Positions 1 to 12,338 of a DNA stretch of 64,000 nt are shown here, in pieces. The DNA is from Lama glama. Taxonomy: Eukaryota. Both the position numbers and the translations under genes were made by a program. The stretch spans positions 102,240,001 through 102,304,000 of the forward strand of contig CM052817.1 of assembly GCA_028534125.1 (NCBI GenBank), read 5' to 3'. The first letter of the stretch is position 1, and each line of letters starts with the position of its first letter. The notes beneath the pieces are model-generated. The model worked only from the letters and a program-made list of their open reading frames with translations. It searched no databases and had not been told where the DNA came from.

Positions 1-1478
1 TTAATAGAAAGCAGAACCCAATTTATATTTCATTAACCCATAGAAAAGTAACATTTATTTAATTACCTTTATCCATAGATACAACATCAAAATAGTGCTA
101 TATACTTTAATAAAATTATCTTAGATATATATCTTATTTTTTTTAACACCAGAACCCAATTTCTAACAAATATTAACTTGGCAAGAAACGAAACGAGCTC
201 TACAAAAGCTGAAAGAATCAGAAGTTGGGTTTCATTTCACACATCTCAGAAGGGAAAAATCTAAGTGCATCCAAATAACCCTGAATCGATTCTGAAACGA
301 AACAGGATCGACACACGCGTGCCAGGAAAAACTGTTACAAGAAAAAGAAACAGTATTTGTTACTTATTACAAATATGAGTATGATGGATCCAGGCAGCTG
401 GAGGTCCTTTTATTTGCTGATCATAAAAGCATCATCCCCAGGATAGCAGTTTTAAAATCATCTGAAAGGACATGGGGAAGCACTCCCACTTCAAGTAGTA
501 TGGAAGACTCAGGATTCTGAAAGTCCCTTAGGCAACAGTTCAAACAGAAAGGGTGTGGGGGGCGGGGAGGGGGGAGCTGACCACAACAAGCATAATGATT
601 GCTTATGTCACAGTGAGCTCTGAGCTGAAGCCCAGGGCAATGAAAGCAAAGAGACAGGAGCCGGCTCCTCAGATGCAGCCAGACCTGCAGCCCTTGCACA
701 CAAAAACGGGGGGAGGGGCAAATCTGAGAAGTCTGCATCAAGCCAGAACCCCTGAAGGAACTGCCTTTTGTATTTAATAGGGCCTCCCAGGACTGAGGCT
801 TTGGGGCACTGCCTGGTAATGCAACACGCACGGGGCCACAGGGCATCCTACATGAGGAAAGGTGGGGGTTGTGGAATAAAAAATGACCCCGAGAGGGTTA
901 TATTTTGGAAATCACAAAGACCTTTTGTCCACCTTTTCTAGCAAAAGAAGGGTTAGAGGCTGCTTCAAAGTTTTCAGAAACAATTTCCTGCAGCACTAAC
1001 TCAGGATCCTGCGACGGGAGCTGGAGACACCCCTCTGGCCAGCAGACCCCTCGGGTCAGGCATTCAACCCCAGTCAAAGACAGACCTGCACACTTCAAAC
1101 CACCCTCCCACTGTGAGCTGTCAGGATTACCTTAAACAGCAACAAACCAGACCAGGATGGGGACCAACAAATCCTTGTTTACAACAAACAGAATTGTATG
1201 GCTCTTTTCATATTTAATTCCTTATTCCAGCTGGAACTGATTTCAGCATGTGGTTTAATTTGAGACTCCAACTTGATTTTATTCCAAGTACTTTAAACCA
1301 TCTATTTTTCATCCAGGGATGGCAGATCCAAGTCTCGAAGGAAAAGAGAGAAAGATCTGACCACATACACAAAAAAAAAAGAAAAGAAAAGAAAGAAACT
1401 TTAAACTTCTATATATTAAATGAGTATTGCAAATAAAATGAAAAGGCAAAGGATATACCGAAAAGAAAAAAAAGAACA

Positions 1479-1634
1479 GGAGGAGGGTATAGCTCAGTGG
1501 TAGAGCTAGTGCTTAGCACACACAAGGTCCTGGGTTCAATCCCTACTATCTCCATTAAAAGAGTAAATAAATAAACCTAATTACCCTCTCCCTCAAAAAA
1601 TAGTAACAATTTTTTTAAATTAAAAAAATTAAAA
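1479..1634 (+). mobile_element. tRNA-Ala-derived SINE (camelid vic-1-like), long form
   Basis: GGTATAGCTCAGTGGTAGAGC (A box), GGTTCAATCCC (B box), TCCA, then TAAATAAATAAACCTAATTACC and an A-rich tail. Confidence 0.85.
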
Positions 1635-3363
1635 GTAGCCCTTTATTGTTTAAAAAAGCTATAAAAATCATGTTTTCATGGAAAATTTAATGATTGGAAC
1701 ATCCATTCCCTGTAAGGTTAACTGAAAAATAGAATAAAAAATTGTGTATAATCTTCATTAACTACACAGTCAATCAATCTCCCTCCAACCCTGTGTGTTT
1801 CCAAATACTCCTGCTCCGGCTAAGCACTTTCAGTGATCCTCTGGGCACTGACTGAACACCTCCTCGGTCCACTGGGCACCCTCCAAGTACCATCGTGTCT
1901 CCGTGGGCCCTGCAACTGCTCCACCGACACTATCCTACGGTGACACAAGAGAGGTTGCCCCCGGCTGTTTAGGGACATTCGATCAGATCTCAAAGTCACA
2001 CTCTTCAGCCAAAGTGTTTTTGAAGCAGGTCTCTGTGGGCCCAAACATGAGTTCCGTGTCTCCGAGACTGACAGACACCTATCAAGGGAATCCCACCCTC
2101 CTAAGGCAGGCTGGGACTTTCTGAATAGGACAAGCTCATCTCGGTCAGGTCTGTCTTCTCTTAGCATGAGCTCGCCCACCAGCCCAGGCACCAGTGGACT
2201 TGTCAGGCCACTGCCACCCACTCACAGCTGAGATGCATCTGGGTTGGGGCTGAAGGTTTCTCACAGGACACAGCCCAGCCCAGTAATTCAGTGGATATTT
2301 GCAGACAACAACTAACGATGCCAGTTACACGTACGCACTTTTTAAAATCACAAAGGAGACACCACAAAACTTAACTGTATCCATTTCAGGTGGTGAGACT
2401 CAGAGGGCTTTTTATTTCCTTTTTCCAAGCTTTTTTGTATTTCTCATTCTGTGAAACGAGCATGTGTTATATTTAGAATTAGAGAAAGCAATGAAAGAAA
2501 ACTGGAACTTCTTTCTAGAGCCCAGATACAAACCATAATAAATATTAAAATGTCATAATGGTTATAAATCTTCAAATAAAATACAATTGGCTCTGAGGAA
2601 ATACAATTTCATGTTGGCTATTCTGAATTCCGCCTGACTCCAGGGGACTTGTAACGATCTGCAAATACTAGTAGCAATATTTACATGAATAAATGTTTAG
2701 AATGCGAATTTTAAAGTTTGATGATTAGTGAAATTGTTGAGAACACTGCATAATTGTGGCAGCCTGAGGGAGGCTGCCCGGAGACACGGAGTTATCTAAG
2801 AGCCCCGGCCTGGCTGCCGCCACCCAGGCCACCCAGGCTGCGCCTCGGACCCTAGCCAGGCCACGCCCCTCTCAGGCCGCTCACAGCCGGTGACTGGGGA
2901 CTCTTCTCCTGGGCAGCCTTTGCTTTGGGGTACCCCCATTTTCCAGCCACGACTCTTTCAGAGCTGTATTCAGTCTGCGCCTCTTCCCATCCAATCCTCC
3001 GTCCTTCCCTCTCTCCTTTCCCAGCTACCAGTCCTCCATCATCTCCGGAGTCTCCTCCCACCAGCTCCTGCTCCCTCGCCCGCCCCGTATCGTTTATAGG
3101 TCTGTCTCCCAGTGAATCTTTTGCCTGATCAACTCCATTATAGAGCCTGCTTCTCAGAGCACCTGAACTGGTCTCATTACCAAAAATACTATTTTGTGCT
3201 AGTTTTTATCTGGCTTTATGAAAAGGGAATACCACTATTGTAGATCCGGAGCAGATTAAATTTCATGAATGCTAAACAAATGCTTATTTATAAAAATATT
3301 CATGTAACAAACATTAATACAGTTCTTGGCTTTCATACACTAAACAGATTAAATTATTAGACA

Positions 3364-3550
3364 GGGGAAGGATATAGCTCAGTGGTAGAGCACATGCTTA
3401 GCATGCATGAGGTCATGGGTTGGAGCCGCAGTACTTCTGTTAAATAAAAAAAGAAGAAGAAGAAATAAGTACACCTAATTACTTCCCCCTCAAAAAAAAA
3501 ACCCCACAAACAAGTAAATAAAATCTCCATTACAATTTTTTAAAAAATAA
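3364..3550 (+). mobile_element. tRNA-Ala-derived SINE (vic-1-like), long form, degenerate B box
   Basis: GGATATAGCTCAGTGGTAGAGCACATGCTTAGCATGCATGAGG, followed by the CCTAATTACTTCCCCC extension and an A-rich tail. Confidence 0.8.
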
Positions 3551-3662
3551 ATGATTTGGATGAATATAAATGATGAGCATGATATATTAAGTAGAAACAA
3601 TAGCTGTTTTCATACAGTATAATAATTCTATATATTCTCATGGTTCAAAAAGCATTGATAAT

Positions 3663-3890
3663 GGGGGACAGATATAGCTCAGTGGCAAAGAGCATGCTTA
3701 GCATGCATGAGGTCCCAGGTTCAATCCCCAGTACCTTCATTAAAAAAAAAAACTTTTCAATAAAGGAATATGTGTAGGTGTATGTATGGCTGAAACATTA
3801 TGCTGTATACCAGAAATTGACACAATGTTGTAAACTGACTATACATCAATTAAAAAAAGAAAAGGAAAAGAAAAAAATTAAAATAAAAAA
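3663..3890 (+). mobile_element. vic-1-like SINE head joined to an L1 3'-terminal fragment
   Basis: tRNA-like head at 3663-3740, an A run, L1 3' end at ~3760-3854 similar to 5890-5994, then an A-rich tail. Flanked by AAAAAGCATTGATA (3647-3660) and AAAAAGCACTGACA (3886-3899). Confidence 0.8.
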
Positions 3891-5154
3891 GCACTGACAT
3901 ACCTACACAAAAATATTTTCGAGGCTCCTGATGCACTCACCATAACAAGCTCAGGTCTTCCAAAGGAAAAGATTTTGATCAGAGAAATATGTCTCTAATC
4001 TACCCATTAAACACAAATCAAGGCTTTAAAATAATTAAGTTCTGCATATGAACTGGGTAGCTACTACATTTGTAAATTGAGTTATGTTAATTACCATCAG
4101 ACAAACATTTATGTATCTTGATTCTATGGGCACCCTGGACACAACAACCAGACAAAACTGAAAAGCGGGTAAAACTTCCCGTGACAGTCCCCTACTCAGT
4201 CTTAGTTTTTCAAAGTTCTTCCCAAACACCTCTCTCCATCTCGCTGCTGCGTCAAAGTTGGAACCAGGCTCTTCCCCAGTCCTTCCCATCAATGTCCCTT
4301 TCAGGCCACCTTCCCCTCCAGAAAGAGCTTCAAGCTTTAGGCTTTTCCCCTAACAGTCCCCAAACCCAGGTATTTCGTTCTGTTCTGAATGTTTTTCTTT
4401 TTGGTAAATGTAAGGATAATGTGCGTCCTCTAAGGTGTTACTGAGGTGACACCAGTTCATAATACAGTTGTTTCTCAGGAAGAAAATCATCTGAGCTCCA
4501 GTTTAAAATTATTCTGCCAAGTTAACCCTGTGACCTGGAGCTAAAGGGATTAAAGACAAAGCCTCATTGATTTGATAAATGAAATATAGTTGACTTCAGC
4601 TTTTATGCCGAACCATGACTTTCCAGCTATTCCTTGTCGAAATGTGTTCTGCAGGCTTTGCCTCCAAAGATGTTAATGAGAGGCAGCTGGTAAAGAATTG
4701 TGTGAAGACAGAAATTTCGAGTAAAAGAGATACACAGATAAACATTCTGTTTGCCTACAAGCATGTTAGAAGCCCAGTGTAGAAAACACTCTTCGTAAGT
4801 CTTCAAAGCCCCAGCCACTGTTAAACTTACCAGGTCTTACTTTCTTTTGCTGATGCTCATTTAATCACATCTGATTTCCTCCTTAGAACTTCTTATTAAT
4901 TTACCAACCATTTAAGCTCAGTAATCTACTAGGGAGAGGTCCAGGCCAGCTCATGAGAACAGCTGGATCTGAGCCATTTTATATAAACAAAGAAACATCT
5001 GACTTCCTAAATTGTCACGGGAAATATCGGAGGAAGGAAGAGAAGGGACTGGAAAAAATTAAATACTTTCAGCAATGGCTTGGATCTTGTCTTCTAACAT
5101 ACAAGATATTTTGGGATATAGGTTCCCACCATCTCTGTAAGTGATCCTTGTTTT

Positions 5155-5345
5155 TAGATGCTTTTCACACACATTATTTCATTTGATTGGCAAAACAGTC
5201 CCAGGCTGTAGGTTTGTACTGGCTCCACTTTGCAGATAAGGAAACATCTACTGATGGAATTTTAGTGACTTAGGTGAGACCCACATTTACTCTGTGACAG
5301 AATGGGGACTAGACCCCAAAGAAGACATCTACTACACAGCTTTGA
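5155..5345 (-). mobile_element. MIR
   Basis: Reverse MIR core CCACTTTGCAGATAAGGAAAC. Confidence 0.55.
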
Positions 5346-5424
5346 CTCATACCTTGCTGTCTTTCCTCCCTCTTATCACCATATGTCACAGAAGTACCAA
5401 TGGCTGTTCAAGACGGTACTTCTT

Positions 5425-6030
5425 ACATATGCACCCCAATGTTCACAGCAACACTATTTACAATAGCCAAGACATGGAAACAACCTAAATGTCCATCAAT
5501 AGTTGACTGGATAAAGAAGTTGTGGGATATTTACACAACGGAATACTACTCAGCCATTAAAAAGAATGAAATAATGCCATTTGCAGCAACATGGATGGAC
5601 CTGGAGAACATCATTCTACGTGAAGTAAACCAGAAAGAGAAAGACAAATACCATATGACATCACTTATATGTGGAATCTAAAAAAAAGAAAAATAAACTT
5701 ATTTACAAAACAGAAACAGATTCACAGACATAGAAAACAAACCTGTGGTTACCAGGGAGGAGAGGGTGGGAAGGGATAAATTGGGAGTTCAAGATTTGTA
5801 GATACTACTATATATAAAATAGATAAGTAACAAGTTTATACTGTAGAGCACAGGGAACTATATTCAATATCTTGTGGTTACCTATAATGAAAAAGAATAT
5901 GAAAATGAATATACATATGTATATGTATGACTGAAACATTATGCTGTACACCAGAAATTGACACAACATTGTAAACTGACTATACCTCAATAAATAGATT
6001 TTTTAATTTAAAATTAAAAAATTAAAAAGA
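5425..6030 (+). mobile_element. 5'-truncated LINE-1 (ORF2 C-terminus, 3' UTR, poly-A)
   Basis: Translates to CTPMFTATLFTIAKTWKQPKCPS...MPFAATWMDLE...SLICGI*, the L1 ORF2p C-terminus. AATAAA at 5989-5994. Confidence 0.95.
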
Positions 6031-6334
6031 ACACACACACACGTCAAAGTGTTTCTTAGCCACAAAAGATTAGCACATTATAGGATTTAAAAGGTTACAA
6101 GTAACATAAATGAGAAAATATATGGACATGTGTCTCTCTCAAACCTAAGAAAGTCCATTTTCTCTCTCTGAACTATAAGGTGTAATATTTTCTCCTGGAA
6201 GAGAATGCTATCAAACTAAAAACTAATGAAAATTATAATACCAGACAGACCACTATAATAAGTGTCACTACTTAAAATCATATTTGAACATCTGGACAGT
6301 TGACCTCTTGAGACACCCACTTCTGGAAATCTTC

Positions 6335-6383
6335 AATACAGTTTAGTCTTTCCTTTAAATACAGTTTAGTCTTTCCTTTAAAT
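6335..6383 (+). repeat. Perfect 23-bp tandem duplication
   Basis: AATACAGTTTAGTCTTTCCTTTA twice, followed by AAT. Confidence 0.95.
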
Positions 6384-6599
6384 CTGAACCTTCATTTCTG
6401 ACTTAAAACGTAATTGGTCTTTGTTCTCCAGATTTCTGCCCTTCTATATGCTCTTTTTTAAAAAAAAAAAATAGCTTTTGTTTAGTCCTCTGTTGTGAAA
6501 TGATCAAGTCCCTCCTCACTGCTATGGTCCCAACACCAGGAAACTCTCTTTTAACTTGCTCTTTCTCAAGGGCTGGGGGAATTAGAAGCCAGACTACCC

Positions 6600-7000
6600 A
6601 ACTAAGTTCATTAAGGGAGCAAATGTTTATGAAGCCCCTGCTAGTTACCACCAACAGTCCGGTGGGTGCTGATGACACAAGTTTCATGAATGTGGTCCCC
6701 CTCCTCCAGGAACCCACCGTCTAGAGGAGGAGATGGGTGCAGAGAGGGAGGGATTCAGTAAGGGACTGCAGACTCCAGTGCAGATCAGATGAGCTGCCTG
6801 GACAGGACAGGAGATGGAGAAACCAGCTCAGCCTGAGAAACTGGGAACCAACAAGTCCCAGGAGTGAGACTTAAGCTGGATTTTGAAGAATATATACAAT
6901 TTTCTTAAGTGAAAAAGAGAAAGTAAGGGCATTACAGGCACAAAAGAAAACAAGCATGATAAAAGGCATAAAGTAATGAAAATACCTGATGAGTTGAGAA
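6600..7000 (-). mobile_element. L2 3' fragment
   Basis: Degenerate reverse-strand L2 motifs (CAAATGTTTATGAAGCCCCTGCTA, GACTTAAGCTGGATTTTGAAGAAT, GGGCATTACAGGCA). Confidence 0.5.
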
Positions 7001-7769
7001 AGAGTAAAGAGATTAAAAATAATGACTCAAATAAAGCTTCCGTAAAATGAAACTTGAGAGAAACAGCATGAGGGTTATGGAAAACGGATCTGCTGACATA
7101 GATTTTGAGTTCTCTTACTTTCTAGTTAGATGTGTTTGAAACCATCCTCTAACTAAGAAGGCAAATTCTCATTGTTACATGGGCCTATTTTAAATTGCAA
7201 TTTTTTTTCTACTAATGAATCTCAGCTTACTTGTAAGTGCCCATGTGTAGCTTCATTTATAACACCGACAGATTTATATTTCATAGCAGCTCCCCAAAGG
7301 GAGTTCCAGGAGGACAAGGGCTTGCGTTTTCTTCACTGCTGACGCTCCAGCGTCTGAAATGCTGACTCAGCAAATGCACAAGTCGCATTTATATAGAGCT
7401 TCACAGTGTGCAAATCACTTTCATGTCTGTTACCTTCTTGTATCTTACTAACACAGTGCAGATGACAGCAAGCACCACTTTAAATAAGAAGCACTCCCCC
7501 GTACCTGCTTCCTCTCCCTCCCATCGCCATGGCCAGACTGCTATAGTGACAAAACTTATGAAGGTTAAATAAACATCCCTGCCTTCAGAACTACCTCCGC
7601 CTAATCCCAAAAGCAGTCACATCGATTTTTGTCCACAAGAAAGGACTTTTACAAATGAAACAACCAGCATCACTGGTTTTAATGATTTGGGTCTTCTAGA
7701 GTGTCTGTGCCACCTCTTATACCTGGTATAGCAGAGTGAGCCAAGGTGGAGACTGACACCAGATTACAG

Positions 7770-7955
7770 TAATTATTCTAGGGTCCACTGAATCACCTGG
7801 AGATCTTTCAAAACTCAAGACTGCTCTACCCCTACCGCCTATGGAAGGTTTCTGTTTCAATAGGTCTGGGATGGGACTCAAGAAATTTACATTTCTAACA
7901 GGTTCAGTGATGCTAATCCTGCAGGTCCTGGGACCACACCTTGAAAACTACTGAC
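7770..7955. mobile_element. MER5A-like hAT-Charlie MITE
   Basis: GAATCACCTGGAGATCTTT...TAGGTCTGGGATGGG...CATTTCTAACAGG...GGGACCACACCTTGAAAACTACTG. Confidence 0.75.
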
Positions 7956-9452
7956 CTGGAAAATCAGTCTATTGACACCAGATGCAGAACCATAATAACA
8001 CCAGCCTAATTCTATCACTGCAATTACATCAGGATGCCCTACGCTTTTATGTTTAACTTTTGTTGGTAAGTGTTTTTACCCCACATAAATCCTCAGTCAG
8101 ATGCAGAAATAAATGTTTGTTCCGATTACTTATTTTATGAAAACTAGATGAATTACTTTATGAAAAACTAGTTTTATTTATCTTCTTGCAAATTAAAATG
8201 AGTTAAAAGAAAAAATACACAACAGAAAGGGGTAGGTCGCGCTCAAGAATTAGGATAGCACTAATTATTTAAAAATTATACATTTCAATTTAGAACAAAT
8301 TTCTTTTGCTTAAACAGAAACAGTAATTTGCTAAAAATTAAAATAAAATTTGCTAACTGTTTAAGCAGAAAATCAGACCCATATTTCCAAAGGAATGGAA
8401 TTTTCATTATAGAATCAAGTTACTGGGTTTATAAATTTAGTGTGTAGAAGCTCTGTGCTTCCGAAAGACAAACTGGAAAACAGCTGCTGGGGTACGTCTC
8501 CTCCTCGGAGCCTTAATTTCACCCAGAAGAGCCAGTTTTTATTATTTATAATACAAGCGTGTCACAGTGTTTCCCATTATGAAATTCACTGTTTTGTTTT
8601 GAAGTTCAAAAGGTGATGGTTGCCTGATCAGGTCAAGGCGTGAAGTTCTAAAAGTTGGTGAGCTCAGTTCTGAGATAAAATGCCAACTCTTGCACATTCC
8701 ATACTAATAACATCTAGAAATCTGTATTTAGATAGTTGTTAAACAATCCTCCATGCTACAGTAAAATATCTACATATATGAATGGGCGGGGGAGTGGTGT
8801 ATGCTGAAAAGTCTAAAGAAAATAAAACAAAGTCTTTGTTCCAAAAGGTTGGTTAATTACAATGATGATTCTAAAGTGGGTTGGACTGGATATGTTATCA
8901 GTCCAAATACTGTCTTCTAAGGTCACAGTTTCTTAGACTGTCACACAAATACTCCATAGATGTGCAAAACAAATCCAACCCCTACCAAACAATTTAAAAA
9001 ACCATTATTATAGTACTTTCAGTTACTAAGTATTTTCACAAAAGCGGTCAAATGGAACAACTCAACAACAGAAAAAGCTATAGCGACAAATTATTTCCAA
9101 AATTGAAAAAATACATATATTTATATATATGAGAGATTTCTAAGAAGAAAACACCTCTGCAGACACCTAATGGAGACCAGCGCTGTGAAGAATTATGAAG
9201 AATTCCTTTTTACCGTGTGGAAAGAAGCTAAATCCGTGTAGCAGCTCCCATCAACATTATACTATTTCACAATTAGCTTTGTCAGGGGTTATCCTGAAGC
9301 ATTTTCTCGTCACAAAATGGAATCCCCTCAGCAGATACTGTTTGGGAAACCCAAACCCTGGAAGGCATGGTTAGAACTGAAGTAGATGCCCAAGTGATAG
9401 GACTCCTGACTTCAAAGATCCCACCCTTTTAAAGAGGAATTCCATGTTTCAT

Positions 9453-9675
9453 AGAAAGAAAGAAAAGAAAAAAGAAAAGAAAAGAAAAGAAAAGAAAAGA
9501 AAAGAAAAGAAAAGAAAAGAAAAGAAAAGAAAAGAAAAGGGAAGGGAAGGGAAGGGAAGGGAAGGGAGAAGAGAAGAGAAGAGAAGAGAAGAGAAGAGAA
9601 GAGAAGAGAAGAGAAGAGAAGAGAAGAGAAGGAAAGGAAAGGAAAGGAAGAAAGGAAGAAAAGAAAGAAAGAAAG

Positions 9676-9733
<58 letters not shown>

Positions 9734-9926
9734 GAAGGAAGGAAGGAAGGAAGGAAGGAAGGAAGAGAGAGAGAGAGAAAGAAAGGAAGGAAGGGAGAAA
9801 GAAAGAAGGAAAGGAAAAAAGGAAAGGAAGGAAGGAAAGAAAGAAAGAAGGAAAGGAAGAAAGAAAGAGAAAGAAAGGAAGGAAGGAAGAGAGAAAGGAA
9901 GGAAGGAAGGAAAGAAAGAAAAGAAA
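9453..9926 (+). repeat. Compound purine microsatellite (AAAAG)n-(GGGAA)n-(GAGAA)n-(GAAA)n-(GGAA)n
   Basis: 474 consecutive A/G bases arranged in successive unit blocks. Confidence 0.98.
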
Positions 9927-10059
9927 CTTTTAAGGACCATTAAAAAAAAAAAAATCCCCAAATCAGGAGTTCATTTTCTCCTGTCACAAAAGGGGAACAA
10001 AGGCACAGGGTGCTGAGCTCTGTCCCCACAAATGCCATGTGTGCACAACACAGGTGTGT

Positions 10060-10260
10060 CTGCACCCCATCCCTACCTGCCCCGCCCCTGCTCTGCTGCG
10101 TGACTCCCAGAAAGACCCTGCAAACTACACGTCACAGACTCCCATGCCAACTGGCTTCTCATTAGAGCTGCACAAAGGGACAAGGAGGAGAGCCGAGGGC
10201 CAAAGAAGGAGTGAAATCCCAAGGTTTTTCTCGGCCCCCAGTGGTGTCTCTAGCAGTGGT
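10060..10260. mobile_element. ERVL LTR fragment (LTR33/LTR16-like)
   Basis: GACCCTGCAAACTACACGTCACAGACTCCCATGCCAACTGGCTTC resembles the recalled consensus. Confidence 0.4.
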
Positions 10261-10271
10261 CTTAGCAATTC

Positions 10272-10291
10272 ACACACACACACACACACAC
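10272..10291 (+). repeat. (CA)n microsatellite
   Basis: Directly visible in the sequence. Confidence 0.9.
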
Positions 10292-10854
10292 CACCCCTAT
10301 TGTTTCCAACTTACAAAACACAAACCAGAGATAAAAATAGAATCCCTGGGCCCTCCGTGAACCCTATTAACTCAACTGGTACTAACCTGGTACCTCGTAA
10401 GGTCTTCCAGACCACCGGTTTTACAGCTGTTTCACTGTTAGTAGACTGGGACTTGTCTTTTCATATTAAGCAATATTATTATGAATAACGGGGCAATACC
10501 AATGTTGCACATGGACCACTGGTACACTTCTACTGTCACAGATAAATTAAAGTTCTTGTCTGTAAATCTGAGTTTCAATTTCCCAAACTTATCTGGCATT
10601 AATTATACCAATTTAATTTGCAAAAGTCTCCCATGGTTTAATTAGAGATGCTTGAAGGGGAAAAAAATGTAGTACCATGTAAACACTTAGTGTTACTTTG
10701 ATAACCTCCAGCCCTGCTTCTTGGACATACCTCTTGTCAAATGATTTGTTCAATGTTAATATAAAATTTTCCCATGAGAAGTGGAACTCTTTCTTCCTAT
10801 GGGAGACTTGTTACCTGAGGGAGCTGGAAACCTCTGTAATAACCCCAACACAGG

Positions 10855-11055
10855 CACCCTGACTCTACCATTTATGATCTATTTGACCTTAGGCACATTA
10901 TTTTGCTGTTGGAAGCCTCAGTTTCCACATCTACAAAATGGCTTAATAATAGGACCTACCTCATGGGGTTGTTGTGAAGATTAAATCAGACATTCCATAT
11001 AAAATGCATGGCACTATCTAGCACATAGTAAGAACTCAATCGATGTTAAGTATTG
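10855..11055 (+). mobile_element. MIR
   Basis: GCCTCAGTTTCCACATCTACAAAATGG...ACCTACCTCATGGGGTTGTTGTGAAGATTAAAT. Confidence 0.85.
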
Positions 11056-11141
11056 ATTCACTGCCAGCTACAACTTTATGCCAGTAACATAAAAGGGATA
11101 CATTGGGGAAAAGTTGCCGACTGATACATTATTTAATAAAA

Positions 11142-11180
11142 ATAATAATAACAATAACAATAATAATAATAACAGTAATA
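11142..11180 (+). repeat. (AAT/AAC)n microsatellite
   Basis: Directly visible in the sequence. Confidence 0.85.
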
Positions 11181-11502
11181 AACTATCAGCCTAAAATATC
11201 CATATAACATGTACAAACCCTATTTTTAACCTCAGCTTTCAACTAAAAGTTATAATTGAGTCACTGTATACTACTGTTTCCTAATCGAGCTTCCAGACCA
11301 AGAAAAACTAAAATTGGCTAAAAAGGAAAAAGGAAAATTCATTCAGTGAGCAGAGGGGCAAGCTATGAAGCATGAGATTCTCACAAACGTCAGATTCTTA
11401 GAGAACTATTTTCATCAGCCTTATGAAGCCCTGAACGGGGATCAGGTGCGGGGCTTTCCAGCCCAGCCTTAGACCCATACTAGGGAACAGCATCCTAAAG
11501 TC

Positions 11503-11827
11503 TGCTGCGGACTGAATGTTTGAAGCCCTAATCCCCAGTGGGACGGTATTTGGAGGTGAAGCATTTGGGAGGTAATTAGGGTAGATCAGTCTTGAGAGTG
11601 AAGCCCTTAAAAACTGGGTTATTAATGTCCTTATAAAAGAAGAAAGACATCAGAACCCCCGTCTCCATCACATGAGGACACAGCGAGAAGACAGCCCAGG
11701 AAGAGGGCTCTCACCAGAGCCCGAGGGTGCTGACACCCTGATGTTGGACCTCTGACCTCCAGAACGATGAGAAATACATCAAGCCACCCAGTCTACGGTC
11801 CTTGTCACAGCAGCCCAAACTGAGACA
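11503..11827 (+). mobile_element. MaLR solo LTR (MLT1A-like)
   Basis: TG...CA ends, GGACTGAATGTTTG, GTATTTGGAGGTG, CCTTATAAAAGA, AAGCCACCCAGTCTA. Confidence 0.85.
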
Positions 11828-12134
11828 AAATTCAAACAGAATTTTAGGTCTTATCCTCTAAGAATATAGAGTTTTTCATTAAAAAACACATTTATTCTTT
11901 TCTTCTGAACATCATTTTCTTTTCTCTTTCAGTACCAGTTTACTGTATATCCAATATATAGCTGCCCAGGGCCCAGTTAAATAAAACTGATGGATACTGT
12001 TGAAAGAAAAAATATTATTTCTAGAACCATGAAAACAAACAATTCTACTTGATACCTCAAGATACATTAGTATTTGGTATATTTCACAAGGAAATTCATA
12101 TTTACTCATTTTTTTGTTTTGGTTTGGGTTTTTT

Positions 12135-12338
12135 TGTTTTCTTTTTTTTTCTTGAAGTATAGTCAGTTTACAATGTCGTGTCAATTTCTGGTGTACAGCA
12201 TGGTGATTCAGTTATTATATATATTATATACATATTTATATATATATCCTTTTTTCATACTCTTTTCCATTATATACTACTACAAGATATTGAATATAGT
12301 TCCCTGTGCTGTACAGTAGGACCTTGTTGTTTATCTGT
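12135..12338 (-). mobile_element. LINE-1 3' UTR fragment
   Basis: Reverse complement of the L1 3' end seen at ~5820-5990, with a T-rich tail on the left. Confidence 0.88.

Noticed and set aside
1479..1554. Functional tRNA-Ala genes (also at 3364, 3663, 13789, 28708)
   Set aside because: The copies have mismatched stems or degenerate boxes, A-rich tails and, in several cases, TSDs, so they are SINEs.
5400..5681. Short ORFs at 5400, 22153, 26061 and 26382 as host genes
   Set aside because: They are fragments of L1 ORF2p in truncated elements.
9444..10016. 190-aa Lys/Glu/Arg-rich ORF and 170-aa Phe/Leu/Ser-rich antisense ORF
   Set aside because: Both are translation artefacts of the purine microsatellite.
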